The notes under the pieces are model-generated. The model was not told where the DNA came from. It was given only the letters and a program-made list of their open reading frames with translations, and did not search any database. A DNA stretch of 64,000 nt from the NCBI GenBank assembly GCA_026770705.1, contig JANJGN010000034.1, forward strand, positions 6,076,001 through 6,140,000, read 5' to 3'. Origin of the DNA: Isurus oxyrinchus. Taxonomy: Eukaryota. The position numbers were made by a program, and so were the translations under genes. Numbering within the stretch: position 1 is the stretch's first letter; every line of letters begins with the position of its first letter. Below are positions 1 through 14,310 of the stretch, in pieces.

Positions 1-346
1 CTACTACTGTTTCTATTTTAATGTATATAACTGCGTAGAGATAGTTAACTAAATTCATGACTGAAACAGCAGCCGAGTAAGCAAAAAATGTTATCTCTGC
101 AATTAGTTACAATGATTGGCAAATTGATCTGTCATTTGAATACAACCAGATGAACTGACATAACTCTGCTCATTCCAACTGGACTGGTGGGAGAATTGTA
201 AAATTCATTGCCCATCCAAGTTGTCATTGCGGCGTTAATTTATGGACCCTTTTCTGCACAAAGCCCGATGTAATAATTTCATTTTTATCCTATTAAACAT
301 TGTGTGTCATTGGACAAAAATGTGTTCATACTTTAATTTTCCTTAG

Positions 347-373
347 AACTCTATGACCTGCAGCAAAAGTGCA
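347..373 (+). CDS. Microexon e1, copy 1 (27 nt): ELYDLQQKC
   Basis: ttttccttag|AACTC...GTGCA|gtaagt; first residue assumes an upstream exon ending in G, as in copies 2 and 3. Confidence 0.85.
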
Positions 374-3300
374 GTAAGTATTAGCTACTGCGCTGATTTA
401 CTATTTTTTTCTGCTAAGATATTTCGACTTCCTGAGCATGTATGTTTGTGCTGGTCTCCCGTTGTAATTCAGGAATCGTGGGCTAAAAATCCCCCAAGTA
501 GCATCTCCGAAACAATTTTACAAAGTTTCACATTCGGAAGTTCTTGCATTAAGTTCAAGAAGTTACTCAGTTTGCAGTCCGACATAGTTCAATGCTTTGC
601 CAAAAGTTGAAATCTTCTCCATGCAAATCCGCTGTTACTTCATGGAAACAGCTTCTGCAATTGAATCGTTTATTGTAAATCATTAAGAGATTTTCTGAGA
701 GACATGAAACATGATGTGATTTTGACGCCCCTCGTCCTTTAAATTGCAATGCTGAAGTACAGTTATTTTGCAGATACAGGGGTAGACTGGCAAGTCGCGG
801 GATTCGTCAGCTGCCTCCCACAATGCACTCGCTCAATTTGCAGTTTATTTATACTCGACGTGATTGACACTGCAGAGATTTTAGAACACGACCCTACCAA
901 AAAACGCGTCCCATTTAAATGTCGCCTCTGTGCTGGCCGTGGTTGGACAAGAATAGAAAGTGATCTGCAACTTGGTGGGGTAAATTTAGAGACGGACATT
1001 TTACATTTCTAGGCTTACATTTGCATAGCTGTATACAGATCGTAGAAAGTAGCTTCCTGCTGGTTTCATTTATCCCACCTGAACTTTTGCTTGGATATCT
1101 TGAATGTACAATTCTGACAACAAAAATAGAGTAATAGAGCCATCGGATAAAATGCAATAAGCATTAAAAGTCCTATCAGAACTGAGAAGGTTTTGAAGTT
1201 CTTAACAGTCGGCATAGTGAGTAGTATTACACTCATGACAGCGGGTGGGAAGGTGTCGTAAACTGACAATTAATATGATAGTCCGTAACAGATCAAGAAT
1301 GGGTTACATAAATGCAACTTCACTTATTGAGTGGCTCAAACATGAATTTTCTCACTGCAGGGAACAGTCGCGCCTGATAACATATACACATGTAAAGGGA
1401 GAAAGACGCACAGAAACATAAAAACCGAATTATTCATTGGGTAATTAGAGACTGGCAGAAGGAGTCTCTTCTGATTCCTTAACACTGATATCGTGGACTT
1501 GAGCTGACAGTCCTGCTTATTTAGTGTTACTAATTCTACGTAAATCTAGAACGCATCAATTGAAGAAATGTTATCCCTTTTAGCACCTTTTTGTTACTCA
1601 CACTCACTGCGATACCACCCCTTCTTACCCCAGCACACCTCTCTAAATTCAAAACTCTTCCTGGCCGGACAGGGGAGTGCCAATTGGTCCTTGCTTGATG
1701 GCCCTGCCCAAAAGTACGCATTACATGGACTGTCATAACTTGCCCTGCCGCGATTGAAATAATCTACTACTAATGAATATAACAACTCAGCCACAGTATG
1801 CACTCTAGTAGCGTCATGTGTCAATAAAAGGCCGGCGGGTGAACTATTCCTGTTACTCTTGCAGAAGCTGATCTCGACCAAAAAGATGAGGGTAAAGTAC
1901 AACATCAAACGTGCAGTATTTCGTTTCCATTGCATTTACTATTTGCCGCACGTTAGGGAAGTAGTTGAATTTAATGACAGCGGACTCAGTGTCCAGAAGA
2001 CTGACTTGTTGCCTGTGAGGTTGTTGCAACATAATTCTGGATCAGATGCCTCAGCATAAAACTTCAGCTAACACTCCGAGTGAACATGTACATGGCGATA
2101 CAGCCTATTCGAATGTTGAAACTTTCAGCTGAATTATTAAACTGCAATCGTTCAACTGCCCTCTGGCATTGTCATAAGCAGTGAAAAGCCAAAATATCCG
2201 GAATATAAAATAACATGAAATGAATTGGCCACCTGTTGTCTTAGCTCTGTATACCTCTGAGAATCATTGCAAGGAGATTGTGGGTGTAATATCACTTTCA
2301 GGTTTTTCGGAGCTTGCTCTCTGTAAAATAACTCTTGTGTTTTCTGTATTATTAGTTGAATACATTTCCAAACGTGGGCCAGGCGATGTCACATGTCCTG
2401 AAAATGTGACGGGAACCACAACAATTGTCACACACACCTGAAATGAAACAAGAATGGTTGATGTGCCAGAATGACAACAGTAATGACAACGTAATTGAGG
2501 AAAAGTCTGAGCGAACATGCTGATATTTAATTGCTTAAATGACATTCCACTTGTTTATTTTACAAAAAATCAAGAATTCGCCAAGACAATTGGAGAATTA
2601 GGTGAGTAATGGAAAACAAGATGTGGAAATATTGCTGGTTAATCGGGTTCATTCTGCAATTTTACTTGTTTTCCTCATGGCAAATGGGAGGACTTGACAA
2701 AGGTTAACAGGAAATCTAGTCCTACGTTAAGTACTTTCATGTCACTATCAATGTCAGAGAAGGGGCCAGCGGTGCAAATCATGGTGATGTCATGTAGAAG
2801 TCAGATTAACCCTGTGTGTGATCAGATATGATCAACTCGTATATGGTGAGAACAAGTATTAGTGCCAGTCAGTTTGTGTGGGAGTTCGATTTTGAGGATG
2901 TGTGGAGAGTACGGTGTTGTATATCGGTAAGCTTAGATGTGTTTGAGGGTGGGTGATACTGATCTATGTCAGAAATAATTTAGATCTGGAGTTTATCGAT
3001 GGGGCTTTGCTGAAATGAAATATGCCCTTCAACATGTGTTTGGTCAGCTCTTTCTGGGGTCAAGTTTTTTTTGGTGACTTTTATTTGAGAGCTGTCTGTG
3101 CCAAAAAGGCACTCCTTTGTTGCCTATCCTAACTGCCTTTGAAATGGCAGTCTTGCAATACATAACCACAGCCAATTACAGGTGATATGCTTCCCTGAAC
3201 TGAAAGGGCGGAATTGTTTATAAGTCCCATTACGGAGAGGAGGTTTCAATTCCTGAATAATTATTTGAATTTAAATTCGACAAACTGCCATGCTCGAAAC

Positions 3301-6300
3301 CATGTCTCAGTGCATTTCTCCAATGAGAATAAAAAATTAGCAGACGCTGTTTCAAACTAATGCATCTTCCAGTTAAGACAGAGTTTTTCCTTCACTGGGT
3401 CGTTAATACTGCACGTGCATACCGCAGTGGACAGTGCAGGCTGCGGCATTGAATAATTTATCTGCTGCAACCAGTGAGGCAATTAATTCTTATGAGGATG
3501 ATAATGATATAAAAACAAAAAAAGAACCTCTGTGGTTGGGAATCAGACATGAAACAAAAAATGTTGGTAAAACATAGCCGGTCTGGCAGCATCTGTGGAG
3601 AGAGAAAGGGGGTTAACTTTTCAGAGGCCATACAGCTCTTCTTCACTCCTGGTTATGGAGGGAATTCAGGGAAGTGGATTTATGGCACTACCAGATTAGT
3701 TATATTCTTGTGGAATTGGGGGGAAGGTTAGAGGGGCCAAATGGCCTACTTCTGCTATATTTTGTTATGTTTTTACGTTGTTACGAGCCGACATCATTAT
3801 TTGTCCTTTGTCAAAAATGCACATAGACAAAGTGTGCACCAGTTCCACTGGTTTGAGAATTTTTAATACGAGTTCCAATCACAAGAATCTCAGAGTTGTA
3901 CTCACTTATCCAGACTGCTGAAAACACTGTTTTCTTTTGGGGGGAAAAAAACAGTAAATGAAGGGTAAAGAGCTTAATGTTTACTTCTGTTAGGATAACA
4001 GTAACAGGAGCGACCCGTCAATGACCAACAGCAAATGGAAGAGAGAGTTGTAACCTTTGCTGTGGGATGTCTGATACCGAATGGCAGATCACTTTTTTTT
4101 TGCTCAGTGACATGGCATATCCTATAACTTTTCTATTGCTTTTATTCCCTTTACCGATTCACAGAAAATGTAAAGAAGGGTATGTATACGTATGTTACAG
4201 AAACTCAACTTGCCCAAAAAATCATCCCTGGTGGAATCGGCCCAAATTTCCGTCGAGTATCTTGCGTGATGTCGAATATAGAGTTATTTAAATTTTTCAC
4301 GACCATCTGTGACACCCCGCTCCCCTCTGTGTAACCTTCCACGGCTCAAAAATCATTTGACTCCACCTTATTTGCTTCCTTAATTTCCGATTTAGTATTT
4401 TCCCAGTCCACACCTCTACACATTTAGAAAATTCCCTAAAAACTGTGCCTTAGAGTGGTCAGACTTGATTCCTTTCATAACATCTCTCAACATGTTCGTT
4501 TTGGTTCTGTTACTATTTGTTCCATACCGATGTATGTTTCTGCCTTCTTCGTCGTTGTCGTTGAGTAAAAGTATATTATCCTCTTCAGCCAAATCCGTGG
4601 ATGGCTCATATTGCATTAAGGTCCCAAGGAGACTTTGCAGTGGAGCAAACATGAGCCAGGATGTGACCTCTTCCAAAAGCGTAACTTTTTAAGAGAACCT
4701 GGAAGGCTGATAAAACATACATCTAATGGACTTAAAGAGTCATGCTGTTTCTCTCCCCCTTGCAGAGCTAGGCACCTGCCAAGATAGCGTAAAAGATTTA
4801 GGTGAGCCAATCAGTTTTGATGCCTGCTAAATTTCCCGGCCGTTTGCTTTACTCTTAAATCAAGCAAAGGTACAAGTGTTTGTAAAGCACAACGGAGAAA
4901 GAATGATCCTTTAACTTTAATGCGTTTTTTTTAAAGATGGTGAACTTTAACGCAATGACAGATTTGCTCTGTATGGATAGCTGAAATGTCAATCAAAGTG
5001 CTATAGTGCAAAGCTCGGTCAGAAGTTTGGCAAGTGTCTTTATGGATTGTTCATTCTTCAAAATGTTTGACGTTGATCAAATCATGGATAAAAGATGGCC
5101 TGCGCTGTAGCACGAGTTGCTGGCTTTCAATTGACAGACTGATGTCAGGTTACGTGCGTATTCAGTTGCGCTGACTACAAGACGTTAAATATTTGCGGTG
5201 GCTATATAATCTTCACTCTCTATGACATCACACATTTTTCCTGGCTACCCAAAATTGAAATTCATCGTGTAGAGCTTGGTTAATGTGAATGGTTTACCCA
5301 TATGGTACCGATTCAGCACTCACCATCACATTTCACCAATTTTAATTGTTGTTGGCTTCAAGATAAAAAAAAGAAAAGACCTGGACCTTTTTCACGGAAA
5401 GGACAATGAAAAGAACGATTACATGACCTTAGGAATGTCGCTTAATTTACATTATTTCCTTGCTCCATGGTGTGCATTTCTCCCTGATTGCACCACTGCG
5501 AGGTAAAGAGGGAAACTTCACTATTTATTCTTGTTTGCACAATAAGAAAGGTAGCTAGTTGCCATCTAGCAGTGAATAAACGGCTGTTGTGATCTTTCCA
5601 TTCGCTGTTCCAACAAATTTTCACTGTATTCCACGTGATCAAGGAGAGTTATGTTTGCCCTGTACTGTCAGCCGCATGCAGAATGGCTTGATTTTCAGTG
5701 AAAACCTTTCCGCGGGAGGTCATGCTTTGTTCATTTTGTTATTTATTCTTGATTTTCTTCACAGATAAATTAAAAAAAGGTAAGTGGAAACATGCTCAAG
5801 CACCTCACAGTCTACATGGGTGAAAAAGAAGATAAGGAAAGATGTAATCGCTTGGATTACACATTCCAATTTAAAGTAACTTTTAAATTGTCATTATTAA
5901 ATCTAATTTCCTCTGTGGCCTCTCCCTTCCATATTGCCTTGTGAATCCTCGGGCATTACAACTGGCTGCAAGTTTTATGTTCCCAACGCACTGGCCTCTT
6001 TCTGATTGTGCTGTTCCTTTGCCTTACCAATGGCGTTTTATGCCTTCTGCAATATGTCCCAAGGCTCCAAAGCATGTTCGCTAAATCTTGCACCTCAAAC
6101 TCTCCTTCCACCTATAAAAATCACATATTTCCTGGGCGTTTTCCAAAGTCCAAGCCTCGTCCTCACCCCGGATTCTGGCCAATAATTATACTTTTTTTCA
6201 AAACATGTTGAAATGAAATGAGGTTTCTTACGCCCTGTAGCAGTTCGGTCACTAAGAAGGCCTGCTAGGAACCTTCGAAATGCTCAGCAGACGGTGAGCT

Positions 6301-9300
6301 GGCTCACATGTCCTCAGAACAAACAATGGAATACCTGGCATCTTGAACAACTCAATGGCTATTCTGGTGAACGAAGACTGCAACAGGGCCAAACCTCCAA
6401 ACGTTTCAGTTTTCTGCCATTGGACCGAGGTGTCATTCAGGCGTGGAATATGTGAGCAAAGGTCATAAACATTTGCCCAAACAAGCATCGCTCTTTCCGA
6501 GCACATCTACTATGCCATCAGGTGTCCAGTGAATGATGGACGGAGCATTGTTGTGTTGTATCAAAACGATCACTTGAAATATGCCTGCACTGCATTTGGT
6601 CAATTGAGAAAGCGAGCATTCGAAGGTTGCAACAACAAAACTGATAGGAAGCTCATGATTTGTTTTTTGTGCCTGATTTCCACGTTACTCTAATGGGCTG
6701 CAATACGCAAAACGTACAGGAGAAAGATCAGGGCACTAGGTTCATACCATTAAAAGTGGCTGCGAAAGAAATTGCATCTTATTGGGAGCGCAGACAGGCG
6801 GACACTGTCAGCTGCCATGTAGCAGACTCCCAAAGCAGTTATTGTTCTGCAAGAGGAGCGAGAGCAGTCGCACCAGATGAGGGCAGAGGACGCTCTTAAG
6901 GGATGTGCTGAAAAGCAACATGAAGAAAATTAATTATTCACATGGATATCTTGGTGAACACCATTTATAGATTAAAACAAACGGCACTAGGCCCTATTGT
7001 AAGGATCCCAGCATTTTGAACACAACCAATTATAGAATGATTCGGAAAAGCAGGAGGGCCCAAAGGAAAACAGCATGACTCGAATTAATGATACACGACC
7101 TGACACATAACAACGCTTGGTTGCATGATGTCTGCAGTCACGAATCTGCTTTATCAGCCATCTTATTGAAGAGAATCGTCCTCCTGCTGAGGCGTAGCCA
7201 GTAATAACAATATCTCTAAGCAATTAATCACTTGTCCCAAAGTGGCCAAATGTTGCATTTTATCTACACTGTTTGCGTGGAAACAATTTTGGTCTTTTCC
7301 TGGATTAAGTCAGTATATATTTGCTAATTGCACGTTCCTGTCAACAGTACCTACGATCTAAACCCGCAAAGTTTCTGCCGACAACACTGAGGAAAAGTTG
7401 CTCATAGGATGACTACTTGCGGGTTCTAACAGTAAAGTTAACCATGTAGGAGAAAACCATGTTTCCCAAAGAGAAATTAAACATTTGTAACATAATCAAA
7501 GATTATGGCTTGTCGTAGATTGGTTACAGCACAGAAAGAGGACATCGGGACCTTCGCATCAGAGGTGGAAGTTTGGGTGAAAATCTCGGCTGTTCCCATG
7601 CTCCAGACCTTCAGGCCAACACAAGCAACGATAATGCTATTCAAATAACTACACACCTCCCTATTAAAATCCACGATTGTCCCTTCACAGAGCTCATTCT
7701 TACACACTGCTTTTAAGAACCTAATGATGCGCTGCACATTTACATTTCCCATTGTCCCCATTGGTTCTCTTTCAATTGACGTTAAATCAATATCTTCCAG
7801 TTCTTGACCATTCCAAATGGGAACATTTTATCGCTGCCAAACATGTCAAGGCCCCAGTGGTGAATTTGAGAAGCCCCATCATATCTCCTTTCAATCAAGT
7901 TGTATTTCTGTGGAACTGCGCTAAATTCTCCAAACTTTCCTCCTAGAGGAAACAATCATCTCTGGAAGGATTCCCATGAATACACTTTCTACTCTCTCTA
8001 ACGTCTTCACTTCTCCCTAAACTATGATGTCCAATATGTGATGCAATTACCTAGTGAAGTCGAACTAATGGTTAAACAGGTTTACCATATTCATCTATTT
8101 ATAAAGATGAGGATTTCATCTGGCTAACTGACAGCATTTTCAATCTGCCCTGCATCTTGCAACCATTTGTCCTCTTATACTCCCAAAGCCCCATCAGCAG
8201 CTTCAATCCCCTTTGGAATGTTATCACAAGTTGTTCATTACCTCCTACTACCAAAATAAATCACGTCATACCTCTCTCTATTAACTTGACCTGCAATAGT
8301 TCCTCCAGTTCCACCCTTCCATCTGCGTCCATTTCATGTATTTCACCATCTTCCATGCAATTCTTAGCCCTGTAAAATCTGAAAACTGAAAATCTGAAAG
8401 TTTTGCCCTGGATATTCATGTTTAGGTCCTTGATGCATACCATGTACATTGATTGGAAGTGGGAAACTACGTAGTTTTTGTCGACACTTAAGTGCGGATC
8501 ATCCATTTTATGAATTACAGAGCTAAGCGACTGTCAACAAGCTGTAAAAGACCTAGGTGAGCAAAACATTCCCGATGTCGCTTTCAATAACATGCCTTAT
8601 TATTTTGAATCATTAAAGAAATACGTTTATAATCTTTAAAAATTGAAGTCATCAAGTCAGGCACCTTTAGGCCCATATTCGCTTCTGTTGATTTCAATAA
8701 AAGAAAATACCGGGCAGAAAGCAAAACAAGCCGACCATCCGATTGTGGGCAGGATGAATTTCCGATGCTCCATGAATCATGATTATTGGCGCTTTTTGTC
8801 AAGACTTTCTGCAATCCTGCACACTAACGGAATGATGAATATTGTTAACTTCATCGATTTTGTACCACTTTGGCAAATTGTTCTAACCAATAACGAAGCG
8901 TCTCCTACTCGTGAAAAATGTTGCTTAATCTTAAAATTTTTGGTTTGTTTATCATGTAATCCCAAACAGAAGAAAAACTCATTGCAAAAGAGAAAGGTAC
9001 CTGATCTGACATATTTTTTCTTCAAAAAGCCATAGATTGACAATGGCTGATTGCTTCTTCACATGATATCTTTTGTTTTCCTATGAATGTTTTATGTTAT
9101 TTTTTTGCTACGCAGATTGCTACAATGTAACCTAAGGGTTGGCAGCAGAAGATTCCCTTACAAGGGTTCCATAGTTTGAAGTTACAAGGGCACATCTTTG
9201 GATGCTGTGTCACACAAAGTTGGAAGACAATAAATAACTTGTGAACTTATTATGTGAATAAGGAATTGAGTTAATGCTCCAGCAAAAGGATAGTGGCACC

Positions 9301-12300
9301 AACAAAGTTATCGCTAGTACATTGAATTTGGAAATAAAACGTATGGGTTAAGAATGATAGGTTTGCTGATGGAGTTTATGAAGGAGTTCTTGTGACGCTG
9401 TTGTGGTGTCACAACTTTCGGCCAGAAGCTCTGCATTCAAGTCTCACTCAGGATTTGCTGGCTGTTGAAGCTGTTTTCGTAAGGTGGCTGGCTGTATTGG
9501 TTACCAACTTGTAAAACTTTCCAATGCGCCTGGAGGCAGGTGCTAAGAAAGGGGGAGATGTGGGCCAGCCAGACTGCAGAAAGCAACCTCAAATGACTGC
9601 CGTAATTTGCCAAGCATAATCATGGATATCCATGATCATGTGCCCCCTATGAATGCAAGTTACCTGGAAAACGGGTATTAAATAATGTTTGTGGTCAGTT
9701 GTTCTGGGGGTGGATAGGCTTAGGCATCGGACACTTGATTGGATGGACAGATATTTTCCACAAATTTATTTGGATCGAACTACCCTCTCGGTACCAATTT
9801 CCATAGATTTAAATATGTTATTGAAATGCAACTAACTCCAAATCGGCAAAGGAAAAAGACAGAGTACCCTCTATATTTAATTGATGACGTGCCTAACCAA
9901 TGAGAAGAACCGTGTATCTACTTTAAAAAGGAATTGAGCCATCGTTAACGGGAAGAACTTGGCAAAGTCCCACAGAAAAAAAAAAATCTACATGTTAATA
10001 ATTGAGACTTACAGCGCGTAAAGATGGGATTGTGCTATGCCTTATTTTTTAAGCATTTATAATATGCAAGTAAAATACCATAAAGCATGCCATGCAATTA
10101 TTGGATGACCGTCTCGGGGAGATTCAATGTGATGTCTCTGTATGTTACTGCCCAAACTGTACTCAAGTTAGGATACCGATGCGATCGCTGTGCTTATTGA
10201 TACTGCAGCCCCAGCACCCTGCTCTTCTTTAAAATGGAGTACGAAATGGCAGCCCAAACTAGACCTTGTATTTTCAAGAATATGATACAAGGATCAGCTG
10301 AGGTAAATATTCTGCCGTTATTTACGGTTAGTTTAATTAGGCGCATCAGGAGTAAGTGAGTGGAAGTAAATATGGGTAATATGAAATGTAGTATGTCTAA
10401 GTATGGAGCGCGTGGAAGGACATATTTCTCTTTATCGAGTACATTGACCTGTACTGTAAATTTTGCATTGTAAGTCAGGAGGGTGGGGGGGAGAGAGAGG
10501 GGAAAACGTGCTGAAATTGAAATAATGCTGAAACTCTCACATCTCACCATTCCAGAGATTCTAACGTGCCACGTGTCTTTAAAGGATTCAGGTGGGAAAT
10601 ATATTTGGTATTTGTGTAAAATACCCACTGCACAAAATATTCCTGCAGTTCGTAGCCCACACATCGACTACGGAAATGCAAATCAATAGTTTTAAAAGTA
10701 CAGACATAAATTTTGCCTGCATTATATAGTTACCCAGCATAGAAAGTCGGCAACCCTCCAACTTGCCTGTAACGGCTATAAGAAAGAGTTTTATCCCTCT
10801 GCATTTCTCTCTCTCTCTCTCTCATTATCTGCGTTCCAGAAATCTTTTCACATAATTTTCCAAATGCTTGTTCTGCACAATAACGTTTTGCTCCCCACCA
10901 ACGACCGCCGCCCCACCCTATGATTTATCTATGAATAACCTGAAATCTGTGATTCTTTGTTGCAGTTTGTTCTGGATGCGGTGACCATTTATTGTTATTT
11001 AATTTCTTAAGAATGATGGTCTCATCATATTGGGCGTCATTATCATAGGGTCCATTAATCTTCTTGCCGTCATCAGAAAAATCTCAGCTCCTCTGCTGTC
11101 TATATAATTGACGCACCTGGTACCATCGATTAAATCATCCCTGTTCTCGTGACATGATTTGCGAATTATTGCAAAGCCCGGTGCGTCAAATTCGAATACA
11201 ATATCCTAAAGTAGCGCATATTAAACAACACAGGATGAGAAGCTGCACTGAATTTCAACGTATTGGTTAGATACACATCTTCAGCAGTGAGTTATCCGTC
11301 AATTATTGATCCCGACTAATGCGTGGTTCTGTAACCTGAGCTGGCCATCTGGCTGGGCGTGGAATGGTCGGCCATTGCGAAAGGGTCAGTTTGACGCTAC
11401 TGTCCAGGTTTATTATTTATGTCAATATGGAGCATCATCTACATTATTGTGTTGTGTGCAGAGTTATGCATGCAGCAGCATGCCTTGATATGGCAATAGT
11501 TAAAATTTTCAATGCACCTGTAAACTAGTGCCTTATCATATAAAACGTCAAATGTGTCAATGATTCCACAATCTTCCTGTTAACTTCATGCCTTGACAGA
11601 AACAAAGCTGAAAGGCAAAGAAAAAGGTAGCCAGTTTAAGGATTCACCGTTTTAAAAAGACAAATATTTACATGTTAGCAAGATACCTATGTGCCTTTTG
11701 TTTCATGACTAACTTCTCTCAAATAGCATTTAGCATAATTAATCGGATCATCGGTTGAATTTGGTAATGGGCTATATGTGGAGAAAATCTTTCATTTTGA
11801 GTTCACAGTCAAAATTGTGAGCAAGTAAGACAGGAGTTTAACATTAAGACTCAGGAGGAAAGAATTGATCCAGAAAACCATTTGAATGTGGAAATCGCTG
11901 CTGCATGATTCTTTGTTATACAGAAATTCGCTGCCTTTTTTTAAGGCCGAGGACAGTTATTCACCGAGATCCCACGAAAGTTCTATCGACTTGATTATCA
12001 CGGAATAAATGTCGTGTCGTCCCCACGAAAATTTTAGTTTAGCATGGTGAACTCCAGCTTAATGTCTCCTGTGCATTGTTAAGCAAGTTTACCTCGCTCT
12101 CGCAGTCTTGTTTAAAGAACATTACCTCCAAAAAAGGACGATGCCTTCCCTTGAGGACATGTTCGGGTTTGGGTCCTGACTTCAGAAGGGTACATGTTGA
12201 TCTCTAAATATCCAGACAGAGTCCGTCAGGTGTTTTGCAGTCGTTTCAATGGCCATGTGTGATTGACGTTTCACGGCACATTCTCTGTAAGCCAACGAGC

Positions 12301-14268
12301 TGAATGGCGTGCGAGCTTTAAGTAATGCTGTCTAGCAAAAACTGTACAGTTCATGCACTAAATAACAAATCAGACTGATAATTCTTATGGAATATTATAT
12401 CAGCATATAGAAGTTATTTAAATAACATCGAACCGCGCACAAACATAATCCCTAATTAAAGAAAGCCGCTACGAATTACACCGAACCATTTTCAGGTTAA
12501 CACGGATTTTAAGGTCTCCAACGAAGAAAATTCACGAATGAAACCATGCCAATGTCTCTTGTAAAAAGCAGAAGTACGGCACCAATAAAATACAGGTAAT
12601 GGAGCCGAGTCATATAATTCCAGCTGCATTCGTCTATTCAAGCTCATTCTCTAACAGCAGTGTAGGTTCCAGAAACGATTGTTAAGAGGATTAACGGGCC
12701 AGTTTGATTGTTTTCGGGGAATGTCGGGATACAAAATGGAGCTCTTCTATAATCTGGACGAGGAGGTGCAACTGTTAACCTTGACAATGCCTGATCCTTA
12801 TAACCAGTTGCTTTCTTTCTGTCTTAGAATTGAATGACATTCAGCAGAAGTGCAGTGAGTATTCCATGAGCCAGCAGCCAGCAACGTGTGGATTTCCTGA
12901 TTGATTATAAAGCCTGTACTGCGGAAAGAACTTATCCGTGCTTGCGGGATAAAATGTAATCGATTGAATGCATTAAAGCACATCCCCAAGGTACGAGGAG
13001 AAAATGTCTAAAAGGAAATTGCGGTGTTACCTTCTTCCCTAAAGCTGCACCGAATTTTTGTCCTCGCAGCTAGCTGTGACGCAGCAGACAGAACTTCCGA
13101 CCTCTGATCAGAAGGTTGCGAATTCAAGTCCAGAGTTAGAAGTCGAGCGCAGGCGCAGATGCTGACACGCCTGTGCAGTCCTCATGCAGCAATGTATTGC
13201 AGGAAGTATTGTGTAGCCTTTAGTCCAGAGAACCAGGCGAGGTCTGCCCTCGAACTAGGACGTAAATGACCCAATGCCACATTTGAAAGAAACGAAGGGA
13301 AGTTTTCAACCGATGTCCTGGTGCATACTTACCCCTTAATTAAACCTCACATAAAAAGGCTTCTTCGGAAGTCTTGGGGTCCTTGGAGGATCGGGCGGAA
13401 AAAAAGTATCTTTGCCGAAACAGTTCATTCAGAGTGGTCATTATATCACCAGCTTTAGGTTGGCAGATCGTTCGGACCGACACTTGACAGATGACGTCTA
13501 ACGCAGAAAATTGCGATCACATCATTTTGGTGGGAAGGACGAGGTGAGGCAATGCAAGAGAAAGCCTCACAATCTAATTGGGTTTCAGAGTATTTATCGC
13601 TGGATGTCAAATGACCAGTGTGACAAGGCAAGTTGAATGGGCGGTAAAAATGCAAAACCGCTCCCCAAACTTTTAAAGAGTGTCATATAGCACAAATACA
13701 TGTGGGTTACAATAACTGTATAAAATGCTGGGCGGGCCTCAGCCAGAGAATTGTTTCCAATTCTGGACAACATTCTCCGGGAAAATGTGTAGGCATTATA
13801 GAGAATGCAAAAGTATATTTTAAAATTAATTCCGGGGATGAGGTGCTGCACTTACGTGGGCAGTTTGGAAAGGTGTTCTTCACCTTGTTGATCAGAATAT
13901 TAAGCAAGTATCCCAAAGGTGAACGTAATCATTAGGATCCAGGAGAGAGTCAACACGGGAGAGTTGCTCCGTTGGCAGGAACGGTCGAAAATCAGTGGTG
14001 ACCGAGTTAAGGTAATTGACATCATAAACAGTGGTGCCATGAGGGAGATATTTTCTTTTCCAGCGAGTGCTTACACTGCTAACGGTGTCGTGGAGGAATG
14101 TTCTATAGATGTTTTCAACAGAGTATTCAATATTCATGTCAAGAAGAGAGTTACTTCGGAGGAGTGTTGCTTGGAACAGCGGGACAGTGGGATGAAAAAA
14201 AAATTAATAGAGAGATCCGGCATTGGCTCGATGTGTCGAATGGTCTTTCTGACTATCTGTCTGGCTCC

Positions 14269-14310
<42 letters not shown>

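Noticed and set aside
353-610. 85-aa ORF (MTCSKSAVS...) recurring at 29861 and 57415
   Set aside because: The ATG lies inside e1 in a different frame and the ORF runs through the gtaagt donor. Copy 2 stops at 30058-ish sequence divergence levels typical of intron, amino-acid changes are abundant, and there is no recognisable domain; recurrence is explained by the duplication.
1361-1391. Conserved ctcactgcag acceptor-like site followed by 31 nt and gtaaag
   Set aside because: Length is not a multiple of 3, it has a stop in phase 1, and the donor context is weak; no support as a coding exon.
1594-1935. Minus-strand 113-aa ORF with a signal-peptide-like start, partly open in all three copies
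   Set aside because: It overlaps e2 antisense, which explains the local conservation. Copy 3 has a ~7-nt frameshifting deletion, the ends differ between copies, and many substitutions change the amino acid.
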